Of a stretch of 64,000 nt of DNA, positions 38,873 through 53,400 are shown in pieces; position 1 is the first letter of the stretch; the number at the start of each line of letters is the position of its first letter. The notes below the pieces were generated by a model that was given only the letters and a program-made list of their open reading frames with translations, had not been told where the DNA came from and made no database searches. The translations under genes and the position numbers were made by a program. Origin of the DNA: Acanthaster planci (lineage: Eukaryota); NCBI RefSeq assembly GCF_001949145.1, contig NW_019091355.1, positions 4,971,518 through 5,035,517 on the forward strand. The letters are read 5' to 3'.

Positions 38873-41800
38873 AAATCCTATTCAAGGACAAAAGGTTTAC
38901 AGATTCATTAATTCGGTCCCTCTCTCTTTCCTAACATGTCCCTTTTGAATTTCAGTGAACACGAAATGTCACGACTGACAATTTTGTTTTTAAATTCAAC
39001 CGAACAATTATGGTTTGAATCATCAGGTATATGTACTAAATCAAAAATAAGGAAGGTTAGGCCTATTTAAAAACAGTTCTGGTACTGTGGTAACATGGCA
39101 AACCTATTATTATAGGTTTGCCACCGACCACAGCCGACACGTGCATGAATTTGATTAAATTATGACCAAGAGATTGCCTGGGACTGCTTCATGGTTATTA
39201 TGTAGGTCAGGCAAGGAGAGTGAGACCGGATTAAAATGTGACGAGGGACAACAAACTCAACTTGTATCTGCAAAGGAAGATGTTGCTCACAGTTAACAAC
39301 AGTTTCAAACTTCAGAGCAAACACAGTGCTTCGCGGTGCTGGGCTAAAGTTTTGAAATTCAGAGAACTTTTCTCGCGACAAGTTTATGTTGTCGTTAAAA
39401 CTGAGATACGTTGACCTGAAACATCACTCTTCTGCTAAGAAAAAAAAAAGATCTGCAAAGTTGGCAGGTGAATGTTGGGTGGCCAGTTTGGGGGGATAAG
39501 TAAAGCTTGACAAGAGGGCAATTTCATAGCACTTAAGCAGGGTCAGTGCAGGATGATTTGACAACTAAAACTTTACATATTAAAGCAAAAATCAAGGAAG
39601 TCACAGAAAAATCAGAGAGAGTGCTGAAGGCAAACTGACTGCATGTTTAGCACTCAGTTACAAACCAATGTAACAGGCAAGGGGAGGAGGCACATGTAAA
39701 GGTACCTGCAACCTCTGACCTTTCTACAACAAAATTTCTGAGTGTTCTTCACCGCCAGTCTGGTCTGTGATCATGCCGCCAGGCCTGTTATTGCCAGTTT
39801 GATGATGATCTGGTTAACTCATTCTGTCAGGATGGCCTTTCGAGTGACACTGTCACACGCAATTATTAAAAAAAAAAGGCTCACTGGTCATGTCATTAAT
39901 ATAGGACTGGAGGTTGGACGCACTTTATGCAAGCCACTGCCACTTGACTGACCTCTCATGCATAGGGCAATTTTTAAGACTCTGAAAGCGGAGCACACTG
40001 AGCAAATACTGGAAAGTTTGTATGCCAAACATGTTAATATATACCCTATGCTGGGCACTGACAGAGACAGAAATCTTTGGGGCAAACCATTATGCAGAGT
40101 TCATTTGATATTACAGTTGGGATTCTTTGTCGAGAGACACTTCAGGCACCTTCATGTGGACCATATGTTTTATTTTTAAACCCAGCTAAATCTTTTGAAG
40201 ACAACTATTTCCTGGAAGACAATCACATAATTAGTAAGATTCACTCAGCATAAAGTTCTGCTCATTTGGTCCATATGAAATTTTAAACCAGAACAAAACT
40301 CATGTTTTTCATCGTGACCTTTTCAAACAGACCTTTGTTCTGGAGAGATATTCAGGAAATAGGTGTTTTTGATGAACCGAATCTAAAATGTTCATGCATC
40401 CTTTCCTCCATTTCCATCCATCTGTATGGTTGTGTCTCCCAAGATTAATTCCATAGACACACTCTTAGCTTGTCATAAAAAGCATGAACCCTCTGCCTGC
40501 AAAAACAAATGAAGTAAACAGCTGGAGAAGAACATTAAGCAATGACCCAAGCAAATAAAATAAGAGATTATAGTCAATCATAAATTGTGCCACCTGGGTC
40601 TACTGTTGAATGAGTTTATAGGTGTAGCTGGAGCACCAATAAACCACCCTCCTTGCACCTTCCTGAGAGCAGCCAGACAAGACTTAACTATGTTTCTGGG
40701 AACAACCAGGGCACTTATGACAAACAATGAGGCCCAGCTCAGTTACCACAAGCCCCACCGCATTATTTACTGTAACAACAATGGGTCTTTACAGTTTAAA
40801 AATTAAAAAAGAAAACTTTTGACGCCTCACTCCAGTGACAGAAGTGGCTGTACTCCGGAGAGAGACATTGGAGCTACAACTTATCAGAATTTTATCAGAA
40901 TTCAATCTGGGTAGACCAAAGACAGGCACGTCCTCAGAGTACAATTGATGAGGTGTGCCGGTAGGTTTTCTTTCTCTTTCGGTTGGCGCCTGCTGCAGAC
41001 CAAGCATGTACCGTGGGCAAAGGGTTTGTTGATTCAGGGCCCCAAGCACTGGTCTATCGCATGACCATACATATTTCATGAGGCAGACAGGGCACAATGA
41101 AGTCTGCAAGAACAGATTTCTGGCCCCCTTTTTTTCAATCCTGCTATTCTAAACTCTGCCTTGCTAACAATGCACCAACTCTACCAAGCCACAAGGCCAA
41201 TCGCAGCAATTGGATCTTCATGGACCTGTAACTTACATGTACCATAACTACTGACATGAAGTCCACATTCATAAATTTGTATGCCATGTACTTTGAGTGA
41301 CTTTAAGTTCTTGCTAAGACAGGATTTAAAACAGCACATGCACTTGTTTTTTTGAGGAATGCCTTTTTCTGTGTAGTGCTGGATATACTGTAGTCATGAC
41401 GCCACTAGATCCAGAAATTCTTGGAAGCAAGATTTACAGTTTTGCTATTAATGGCCTTCTATTATCCACAATTTCACCAGTTACTTCCTTGAATCATATT
41501 AGTCAGAATTCCCAAGACCTTCTTATTTTTGGAACAGCAAAGTTGGGAACTATGAGGGTTTCAGTTTCAACCGATAGTGTTTCAAATGTGCATGTGCCTG
41601 AACCATTAGGACATCATTTTCTGATCAAGTCATTTCATGTGTCAGTTTTATCCCAACCATGGTATTTAAGAAAGCTTACACTTTAACGTGCAGCAATTGT
41701 ATGGACTTGTCTTTGGTACAATTTACCAGGCATTGATAACACCATGCCCTGCTGTTTCATTGTAAAACCAAACTTTCAATGCAAAGTTTCCGAATGTATG

Positions 41801-44800
41801 AAATATGATTGGGACTACATGCAGTTGATGTCATAAATAGTAGCAGAGATACAGATATGAGCTTACTCAGCCTGATATGCATATCTTTAATGGCCTTTGT
41901 GGAATTCAGTACCAGTTAATTAAAATGTCTTATCACTTGTTATCTGAGCAATCCAAATTCCTTTTTCAGAAATATGCCAGTGAGAGATCGCAGAATTCTT
42001 TTCATTACACAGACAAATTCCAAACTGGAAGCTTTTGCAAGGAATGCTACACCCTGTTATTGAAAGAAAAAAACAGTGTACACACTCTGCCAATGAAAGA
42101 GTGTAAGCTCTATGATATGTTTTCTTTTTCTTTTGTTAAAGAGGAAAAATGCACCTTTTTTGTTTTGAAATTGAAACACAAGAAGCTACCCAATCAGTTT
42201 GTTTACAAACTCAAATGATAAAAGGATTTTTCAAGAAAATAAAAACCTTGGTAAAGATATGTTTACTTACCCTGAAAAAAAGGTTTTATTTCTGGTTGTC
42301 CTCTTAAGCACCAACCAGTTTCAAACTTTCCCTTTGAGGCATTTCTTTCATTACTGAAGGTAAGAAGTCCTGCACAAATTGGCGAAATAACCTTCAGAAC
42401 ACAAAAGCCTACCAATGAAAAATTTCACCTTGACAAGAGCCATTGGAAATTTAATGAGAAAGGAAATTGGACCTGTTCAACAGTCTGCTTTCTGGAAGGA
42501 CTTGACTCTTTGAGGGGGTTTTGGACTGAATAAAAGAGCTGTCAAGAAAAATGGCTTTTATGCCCTTTCTCACAGGTGCAGGAAAATAGATTGACTGTCA
42601 CTGAACTATGTAGAGTGGTCCTTGTGTTTCAAATCATAAAGTGGGGAATCCAAATACCTTAAGGCAGTATCATTTATGGACAACTATTAGAATTCCTAAT
42701 ACAGAACTTGGAAGCTGTGGTGATAAACATGTACAAGTAAACATACAAACTTCGACCGGCCAATGTGTGGCTAGTGGGGGAAGGGCGTGATTCTATTATT
42801 TAGGAATATTTTATAAAAGCGTGTCTTGGTAAATAAACGTGCGCCCATCACTTCTAATGGATTACGGCAGACTGGATGTCTCCCATCATACTCCACGTAC
42901 GAGTGAATCCACACATGACGCATTTTGAAGGGGGGGGAGCTGTAACCATTCATATTGTATCCATTACAAGAGGTACAAGTAAGTGCATGGACCTGTGGCT
43001 TGGGAGTTTTCATATCTTCTCCGCTCATGCTATCTTTTTCTTCATCAACAGTCCAGCCATGCATGACCAATCTAAACAAGGGCGCCTATCATCTGGACAG
43101 CAGGCTTCATTGAGCAGCATCCATCCATCAAGCGGTGTGGAGGCCAGATGGCTGCGACCCTACATGTACATGTACATGTACATAAAGTTGCAATTACTGG
43201 GCCGCCAACCTGCCATTTTAGAAATCGACTGCAGCATTGATGCTTCACATCTGTCAGACACACTATCATTATGGATAGCTCATACATGTACCTAATCAGC
43301 CTGCGTACATGTAGCTAGAAGATGGCACACACATGTGGCTCTTGTTGGAACACACAGGGCCACTTTTACAAATCCTCAACGAATACATGCGGCATAAAGT
43401 TACACAAATACATTTTTAAAAGTACTTACTGGTATTTGTTCATCAGAGCAAAAGATTTCATTTAAATTAAATAAACATATTGGCAATTTGAACTACATCA
43501 GTCTCTGATTTTGTTTGCAAAACTATTAAGTTTTAACTCAAAGTGAAGATAAAAAGTTGAATCAACTAGCCGTTCTTCCTGCAATGTACATGTATGAAAT
43601 TCTGACTTACTGGGTCGGCAATACTTCTTGAATCTGGAGACTTTAATCCCATGGCAAACTTGGCAGATTATACAACCTATCAATTCCAAGTTTGTGGTAC
43701 AACCTCTTCTGGCACTTAGGTTAGAAAACTCTCCAATTCCCAGAAGACAAATCTTGCAAAGCCACAACAAATCTCACTCCATTACGGCTGCTAAATACCC
43801 TTATCCTCTGCCTTCAAAATTTACTGGCTCTGCGGTTTAATAAGAAAGTCTCCCCTCCCCTTCTGATTTATGTACTGCCTTGAAGGTGATTAAAAGCCCA
43901 CTGCAACAGTTTCACGTTTTCATATCTCCCCTGGGACTGTCACTGGAGGAGGGGTTACAATTTTACCTTAAGCCCAGATTTGTCATAGAAACCGCAGAGA
44001 ATTTTCCTTCCCATTATCCCCACGATCTGACCTTGTCTATCTACAATGTATCAATCAAGCATATTTATTAAGAGATCATGCGTTTGCTTGGTTGAGTGGA
44101 AGAGTGCATTTTGCGACCTCTGGCGCAGTTTTTAATGATGGATCTAAGTTGTCAACCGACAGACATAAATTTGTCATGCATGTCACATGGAGTTTATGAG
44201 AATTATGATCTTTGGGACAAAACTTTCAAGAATTGACCGACCAATCTGCAAGGTTTTAATGAGCTTGGAATAGGAAATGACAACAGAAGACTGTTTCTAT
44301 GAACTTACTGTAATTGCTACTTGTGACAATGCATAATGGTGGAACGAGTTTGTGGCCAGTTTACGGATTTCATCAGGCCACTGACTATACAGGGAAGCCA
44401 TCACGACTTCCTGCTTTCTTTCTCTAGCAAACAACTTTTTTTTGAATCCAGGAAAAAGGTGCCCTTCCTTGAACCAACGCATTTTCATTATCAAACCCTT
44501 GAGCCTACAAATACTTGTTCTCAATTCTGAAGCTACATATACAAACCTAAACCTCCAGAAAGAGTTTGTAACTCTACACTTACATGTACAGAGTAATTTT
44601 CAAAGAACTCTGTGCATTCTTGAAAACTCCATCATAGAATTTGACAACCCTGAAGTGGCGAAGTTAAAAAAGTACCCTTGTGCTTACACCAAGCAATCTG
44701 TCTTTGATTCCCGATGAGAATCTCCCCCCCACCCCCCAAGATTTTTGTTTCCAGCAACCTACTCATCAATGCACACAGTCTGCCAAATTATCCCAAATTT

Positions 44801-47285
44801 GTAACGGAAGCACCCCGGGCTGCCAACACACCCATGGAGAATTTTGCCTGGCTGCTGGGCACAGCTGACCCGTTGAATGAAAAGCCAGATTACAGCACGG
44901 GTCCCTCAGAGGCAGGCGTGAGCACACTGGCTCGTAATTTTTTATGGCCCATGGAGTTTTAAAATCAGTGAAACTTGGGCGGAAAGGCTCAGAGTCTATC
45001 TGCAGATGCTGCTGTGAAGGCGTTTTGTTTTTCACCAATTAGTGAGTCATACTACATGGTCATTACGTCCATGTATTTACGTGTAGTTGTAAACACGGTG
45101 CATGTTACAGGAAGCAGTTCACTTGAAAATGAAATTTCCACTTGAAAATGACACATACATGTTTTTTTGTAGTGCCACTGGTCCATGTAAAACTGACATA
45201 AAGAGCTGACATGTAAACTGTTGATTGATTAAGATGCCTGTACATCTGCATGTTAATTCAAAGCAATGTCATAAGCACATTTGTTTCAGTTGGGGATCTT
45301 TCTCAGTAATTTGTAACACCCTCCTTAAAACTAAGCCGAAGGATACATTTGCAGTATTAACCCAGATCCTACCCCCCCCCCACTTCTGACAAAAGACAGT
45401 TGGCTTCCCCCTCCCTGCGGCCCTTTAAAATTGCTTCAACCCTCGGTGTTAAGTCCTGGCCACAGCCGAGAATCCGGAAATAACTCAATTTGCGAAGTTC
45501 ATGCGGGTCTTCACCTTGACACCCGGTGGGGTGGGGGGGGAGTAAAGGACCGTGCACTGCGACGTACATGTACGTGTACGTGACCAGTGGGAATAGGTAC
45601 AGACCCAGGAACATGTGCAGATGCGCAATCTCCTAAACTGCCTTGGGGTTGAAGCCAGTGCTCAGAAATTGCAGCCTACTGTATTAAACATGTACATATA
45701 TAAATTTGTACATGTGTATTTTACATGTAGGCCTAAAATACATTTTTAGGTACATTTCCAGCAACAGCAAATTACCGTAGCTGGTCTTTACTGACATGGT
45801 TTGTACACAATATACATGTAAAACAATGCATCTCAGGAGGGGGGCAGTATTGTAAAAAGACCATTCAAGAGACCCGAGACACAAGAATACTTTACAAGAC
45901 CAGTCATAAGTAACAGAGCAGACAATGACACAGGAATGCTATTGTTGCAGTTCATTTGGAGACATGAACATGTACATAGCTTGCAAGTAGAGTTCAGACT
46001 GGATGTCATAAGTTGGTCTTAAAATAGTTCTTGTGATGTCATCATGAGTTTTAACATAAAGGCTGGGGGCAATGACGACGACTGTTTGACTGACAAAAAA
46101 CTTCAGCAGCAAAGCCACATTATCTTGCTGGTGTATGCAATATCATAAACTCTCTTGTTGAAAGTACATCTTCCATAAATAGAACCGTACTTATTTCCCA
46201 CAACTTAAGCAAAATACAAGAAGGAAGCCAACTAGTACATGTTAGTATAGCAGCATCCGTTGTACAACTGTGAATATGTACATGTACATGTACACATTGC
46301 ACATGCACACAGTGTACAAGTGGACATACTCTGCAGAAAAACCATCAAGTGGTATTATCCCTTGACAAACAGCTCTTAGAAGAAGATTGAGATGCGACTA
46401 AACCCTCGAGAGACAAGGGAAGCAACGTCCTTCCTGGATGAAAAACAAAGAGGCAGCCAGTGAGCTGCAGTCTGGCAGATAGGACAGATCTGGGTTGAAT
46501 TAAAACCCCGGTCCAGATGGTGCTCCTGTGTATTTTTTTCTTTTCTCGTTAGCACAGATGACCCTTGACATTGGCAGGAAGCCACAGGCTGGATATGACT
46601 GCATCTGAATCAATGGGCTATGGCTAGGTGTAACATACACTGTCTATGGAAAATAGCAGCAGCTGCAAGTCAGTGGCTTCTCCAAACCCATGTATTTTAC
46701 TTAGAGCTATAGATACAACTATCTGCCACAGCCTGTGGCTGAAACAGGCTTCCAGAGCTACGGCTAAGTCTATTGTCAGTGCATCTCCACATAGTTTCAA
46801 TCAAGTGAAGACCTCCATGTAGATCTACCGGTACACCCAACACTAGACAACAGATTCGGATGCAGCCGGTGATTGAGCAGTAAATCCCATCCATCCCGGG
46901 TTGGTGTGGTTTCCTGCATTGTTAACGAGGGTGTTCCCTTTTGACACGCACTGGAGAAACACTTGTCTAAAAAAGCTGATGGCTAGGACAAGACGCCAGG
47001 ACACCACATGGGTACTGAAGTGTCTGGCACTCATTCCAAAATAAAGTGTGAAACACTGAAGTACTGAGTTGGAAGCAGTCAGGGTGAGGTGAACGCAGAA
47101 GTGAAGCCAAATTGATGTGATGAAATGTTGACAGTGAAGTACACCAGAGTTTAATGTAAATGTGTTAAACTTTTTGCAAATTTGCAGCTTGAATATTTGG
47201 ACTGGTGTCACAAAAGCACATTGGTGTTTGATTTTGCACAAATTATGAACTGACCTTTATACCATTAAAAACTGACAAATCGCTG

Positions 47286-47466
47286 CGATGCCAATGATAA
47301 AACTGATCGTGATGACAATGGCAATTATGCCAATAGTAACAGTGATGCCGTTATTCATGTTGCTGATGATGGTAATGATGGAAAAAATCCAGGTAGACAG
47401 GAATGAAAACAATGATGACTGTGATAAAATGATGTACCTTTGTAAAATGATAATGACTATGATATG
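47286..47466. repeat. Degenerate (GAT/AAT)n trinucleotide low-complexity tract
   Basis: Repeated GATGAT/AATGAT/GATAA words produce Met-rich and Ile-rich pseudo-ORFs. Confidence 0.6.
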
Positions 47467-50335
47467 CAGGGAAAACCAAAATGGCAAAAAAATGTCCGAG
47501 TAACAAAACTTCAAACAAGGGCAGGGATGACAAGTACATGTAAGCAAAATATGAAAAACACACTTTTACAAAAATCTGTGGTGACCATACAATTTTTTTT
47601 GGACAGGGATAGATGGCCGCACCAATGTTTCTTCCTAAAAAGGAAAGGGCCAATTCCTTCCAGAGCCAACATCAACACTACAAAAGGTTTCCTGAGGTTT
47701 GGAAGGGGGAAACGCAGATATGGGAAACAGCTTATGGGATTCAGACTTCAGAGTGAGAGAGAGGGGTTCTTCAGAGAGGGGGGTTTGTCCAAAGACAGAC
47801 GAGTAACGGTGGATGCGTGGGGGGAAGATGATTCTACCAGATGGCTTGACCTGCAGCCGACCAAATGTGAGTGGCACGGAAGATGTGGCAGACAGGAAAC
47901 TGGCTGAAATCATCTTCATCTGTGATCGCTCTCTCTCTCTCTCCCCTTTTATCAGCATCACTCAGAGACGCGTACTTGCAGCGTGCCAAAAGACTGCACT
48001 TTCATTTCCTGAAACTAGTTTCATTCCTTGAAATCAAGCTGTTTCGTGGGAGAGAAACATACTTGACGGAAACAGAAATGCACAAGATGTAAATATGTCA
48101 GAGTTCAATGTAATGCACTCATTGCAATCTCACAGAACCAAAACCTTCGAACAAAGCCAAAGACAGTGCTTATTGTCACTCTGGCTGGTTTCTTTCCGCT
48201 ACATGCCACCCCATCACCCCCCATTTTTACTGTTTCGCTTTCCTTCCATCCAAGGCTGGAGGTTCCTAAAATACACTGGGGGGGGATTCAAAGAACAAAG
48301 CATGGGGCTACACTATCCAGACTGGAAAATCAAATTTGAAAGAGAGAAATCTTACTTCCATGGAAAATGAAGGTGGCAATTACAATTAACGAGTACTTGA
48401 AAATCTGCAGTTTCTCTCAACTAACGATACCGCGAATTTTGTTTTCAAAACTGGTTACAAGAAATGTGTGCATTCAAAATGGTTGAAGTCCCTCAGGCTT
48501 AATTTCGCTGTCTTCTGCTCCCTGAACTAACAATGCCACTAATTTAGTTTCCAAAAACATAGTTGCAAGATTACCTCAAAAACGTTTGAAGTACACTTTT
48601 CATTTATTCGTAATGTCTTCAAAAGAATCTCACCTTGAGAAGACCAAGGTACACGTACAAACATTAATGTTAGGACAAATCCGACAAATACCAGATAGTC
48701 CTGTACATTGTCTAGGGATTTACAATTCATTTCCGCATCTGGCATGCTCTGGGGTTATACGACTGTAACTGCCACAACCCTACAATGGACAGGACGGGGG
48801 GGGGTGAGTCAATGAACATGCATGCCCCCATCACCTGGGGTTCGGTGAACCACTGTTCTTCCTTTTGTCCAATGTTTAAAGCCTGGCTGAATGGGCATGA
48901 TTCAAACAGGTTGAAATGGGGCATTCAGGATTTTGCTACAGCCCCCTTCTAATCCCCTTGTTGTGCAATTACAAATTCCAGTTTCTCTGACTATGCTCCA
49001 AGGAGACATCAGGAAATGAAAAAGTCCGCTGCAATTGCAATGCAGCAACACTTGATGAACCTTATTAAGAAACAGGAGAAGCTGTGTGTGAGTTTATTGT
49101 CCACAAGAAACGCAAATTAAATCTGCGAGAATGAATTTGAGGGCAGAAACACAGACCACAAGAATTCATAGGCAGAGTCGTCGACAAATGTGATAACAGA
49201 AAACTGCAGAATAATCAGAAAGCCTTGGTACAAGTCTTTCCGTGTGCATTTGCTTCAAAACTACTTTTTTTCTGCCCATACAGCATGATTTTGACATTCA
49301 TGATTCATCTTAGCAGGGGGCTAGACGCATGTTGTGCAAACTGACTTCTATTTTTGACGACAGACTGCGATGCTAACATTTGTACAAACTATAAGACATC
49401 CAAGGTAAGTGAATTGTAACATTAATATGTCTACAAGAAAGGACATTTCAGACCATGAAACTGGACAAAGATAAGGCCGTTTTCTCTCTCAAAAAAAGGG
49501 AAAGAATTCCATATACAGATGCTACTATTTTAAGAAACAGATGTCTCTTAATAATCATGTAACCACAGGTACATGTACAAGTACATGCACTTGTTTGGTA
49601 CGGTAGCATTTTTATATTTTTTAATTGGCAAGAACCAAACTGACCTCCAGTAAAACTATCTTGCAAGGTCGTAGTCCTGGCTTTGGTGCAATTATGAATC
49701 AATCAACGCTAAGCAAACATTACAAGCGAGATTCTTTTCATCAGAACCTAGATGACCCTGGTTTAATTTCCAAAGTCTGAAAATGCTTGGAATTCCTCTT
49801 CCACTGCCCTGCAAACAACACTCATTCATAAACTTCCCCAAGTTAAACTTTGTACCAGAAGATAATAGGAAATACATCAGGGAAACCAGAAAAGGACATC
49901 TATGATATTTCTTCTTGTGAACTAGACGTGATACGTAAACACCTTCATGCAATCACCAAGAGGCACCAGAAACAATCCTCAAAGTACTGCCAATACAGGT
50001 ATGCCTCTCTTTGATCATGTTGGTAAACAGTATGTAATGGTGTGTTTCCATTAACTTGAGATAATTACTGTTTGAGCTAACTCTCGATTTGTTGTTTGCT
50101 GTGTTTGTATATTTTTGCCTTCTTCCTATAGCCTGGGCTATCCAGTCCACTCATCAGACGTGGTCTGAAAATGTTGGTATTTCTGTTCATGTTGTCACAG
50201 AAAACAAAAAAACTTTTGTAATCAGTTTTAAAATAAATGTGCCACTGAAGTGAAGGAGTACGCAGGCACAATCCACCACAACTAGTGCTGGCATACACGT
50301 ATATATTCAGACTCTGACCATGTCCAAATACTTAC

Positions 50336-50452
50336 ATTATCATAATTCTGATTGAGATCCAAGATGTACATCCCGTATTTCTGCTTATTTTGGTCCCAGG
50401 GCAATTGTCCCGGCTTCACAGGGCTGGGCGTCTTACTCACAAACTTCAACAT
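50336..50452 (-). CDS. Candidate alternative first coding exon of the RasGEF1 gene (MLKFVSKTPSPVKPGQLPWDQNKQKYGMYILDLNQNYDN)
   Basis: GCCATG context and 39 open codons ending at a perfect phase-0 GTAAGT donor. A second phase-0 donor GTGAGT follows MLKF. No homology support. Confidence 0.4.
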
Positions 50453-53400
50453 GGCTCTAGTTTTTGGCAAGATCCAAACAACACCACACGCGACTGGACA
50501 CAACCTCTCCCGAGGAGGAGAGCAATGAGGGTGATAAATCCTTCACTTCCTGGTGCTTGAATCCTTTGGTATAATTCCTCGGACTTGGGAAGGGGAGGGA
50601 ATTTCTCCACGCTGTGGTTCCTGGCCTAGTGTGACATGATGGCCGGGACGGTATTCCCCTTGCCAGCACTGAAAGACCACTGCCGGCAGAAGTTGTTGTA
50701 CTTGACCTGACTAATCTCCCGAGGTCACTCAGTTCTTAAATCACACTTTGTCACAGGTACACATGTATACACAGACACAGACCGGTGATAACAATATTCA
50801 ACACTGCCGGTTCCACAGGCTTTGAGGAGACTGAAATCACTCTATCAAAGTGTCAAGTGTTTCCTGTTCCTCAGAATGTCTCAGTCTTGCTCTGCATAGA
50901 CCACAATGTGAACGTGCACAGATGGTCACATGTGAGGCAAAACTCTGATATAAGCCTCAAGAATTGTACATCAAACTGCTACAAGTTATCTGATGAAGCA
51001 AACTCCATCACAGATGAATCCACTGTCTGAACTTGTACTTGAGTGGTTATCTATCCAATCTAATTATAGTCCTGGAGATACATGTGTGTTGATAAGTGAG
51101 TCAGCTACATGCAGTCAGCAGTGCATTGAGAGTGGCACACACTCCACCAGAAATACCTTGCCTCCAATCTAGTGCCGCCCCGCTGGTGGTTTTCAGTGAC
51201 TTTCCCACACTCTTTGGAATTTGTTAAGGCAAACACTGGGACAATCAGACAATAGAGTCTACACACCATGCACAAGCAGGACAGGGCCTGTAATACCCCT
51301 TGGCCCATGAATGAGGGACTCTGGTATGCCTAGTTGACGCCTCTACCAGTGAGTACGCCCAAAATGGAACAGTCCAGAAACACTTCCAGGGCTGTTTGCA
51401 TAGTGAGAGTTGACAGTGGGAAGTGGCATGCTCTACTGTGAGTCAGAGGGGTGTGGAGGGTGTGGGGTGGATAGAGGGTGAACAAATTATAGTTCATGCG
51501 GTGGGACCAACTTACAAATATTACTGAGTTGAATCATAATTGATCATAATGACACACAAAGAGTCAATTGTTGCTTGAAGATTTGTTCATACTGTCTAGT
51601 GAATCATTGTTTATTTAGATTTAGTTTCAAAACAATGGCGCACTTCAGGAAAGTTGTGGTCTGGTGGATATTGCTCCCTGCACAAGACTCAAATTCTCAA
51701 CAAGAAAAGCTTTGTTTCAATATTATAAATTGACAATGGCCTTTATCAGCGAGGAAAGCTTATTAGATTATGCTCCATTAATTCTGCGTCCAAGTGCTTC
51801 TCAATACTGACATTCCACAGAAGAAATACTGCAAATGTCATGCAATTAGACAGGATTTCAATATTTAGTTACCAGATTAAAATGAAATCAAAATGCATTA
51901 TAATATCTCTGCCATAGAGAAAACGACATATCTGCCGATCAGTTCGTAAGCTTTTGCAACTCACTGTTATTATTTTTCCTCAGAAATCTTCAGGTATAAT
52001 CAGTGATATTACTTATCAAAGTCGTTTTCGTTAAGCTACAATCCTCAACAACACAGATCCAAGCCTGCATTTTTGAATCACTGGACCCTTCGGCAACCCT
52101 CAGCCTTATTGATAGACCTTTTTTTGTGCACTTCATTGATTTGCAAACTTTGGTATGCAACACAGGAAAGAGACACCCATGGGTGGTGGGTTTGTTCAGA
52201 AAATCAATAACGGATATTCCAACAGGCCGGATTGTAAAGGTGACATTTTTTTGAGGAGGGCTTGGTAGGATTAGCGGCCTCATGCTTGTTCCAATGACAC
52301 TGTGTTTTCTTACAAGGCTTGCCTTGTGACACAGCTTATCCCAGCATGTGAACACAAACTCTGGCTTCATGTGGATCTGAATGAACGGTTCTCATGACTG
52401 AGTGGCCCATCTAGCCTAACAACTCCGTGGGACCTGATACGAGAGCGCAGTGCCATGCAAGACACACACAACAAATCCCCAGCAGAAGTTTTAATCAGAT
52501 TGTCAAGAAAAAAGTTCAGATAACAATTTTGCCCGGCTTAACCTCTGCTGATGAACCCGGAACTATCCAATTTGAAAAGTACACTTTCATCAATCTGTCT
52601 AGAAGCTTCTTCCAGATCTGTACAATCATTCTCAAGGCTCAGCAGGTTACAATCTTTTATTCCTTTACAGTTAAAACCTTTCTCTCTAACAAACTTTACA
52701 GCATTTAAATGTAACTTTTTGTTCCCCATGAGATCTGCAGCATAAGGAAAAAAAACCAACTGCACCAATACAAAGGAGACAGTTAACTCAAACAAAGGCA
52801 CACAGTCTCCCCATGGAGCTATCAAAGTGTTCTCTTTTAACATTCTGGAACAGAGAGTTGGTGTGAAATTCCAGCCTGAAGCAGACTCATCAAATGTTAA
52901 TCCAAGTATTCTCAGTACACCTCAACCCCAGTACACACAATGCTTTGTACACTCCCTACCAACAAATGATACCAACACTTCCCAGGGACTATTAATCCTC
53001 AGTCCATTAACAAAACAGATCTTATTATTTCACAATGGAATAACAATGATGTGTAGATTTTAGTGCAAGGGTGTGAATCCAAACAAAGATGGTCCCAACA
53101 ATGCCCTTTTGCAGAGGTTGTTATCTAAATCTCCTCCATGTATGCAATGCTGCAAACATAGACCATTGAGCATGTATTGTCATATCATTAAGCGTTTACT
53201 ATCCCTATCAACAGATATCAACATGCAGTGTTGGTAAACAACACCAAGAAAACATTCTTCACAGCAGGCTGATTCCTAGAAGGTGTGATTTTTATGACTT
53301 TGTTTAGCAGTATCAACAACTGTGGTTTTCAAGGGATAGTGCTACCCATGCAATAGCATGATCCAGGGAGTTGGCCAAACTGATTTCCCCTTATTTTTGC

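Noticed and set aside
47257..47547. Met-rich and Ile-rich hydrophobic ORFs that look like membrane proteins
   Set aside because: Products of a degenerate GAT/AAT microsatellite.
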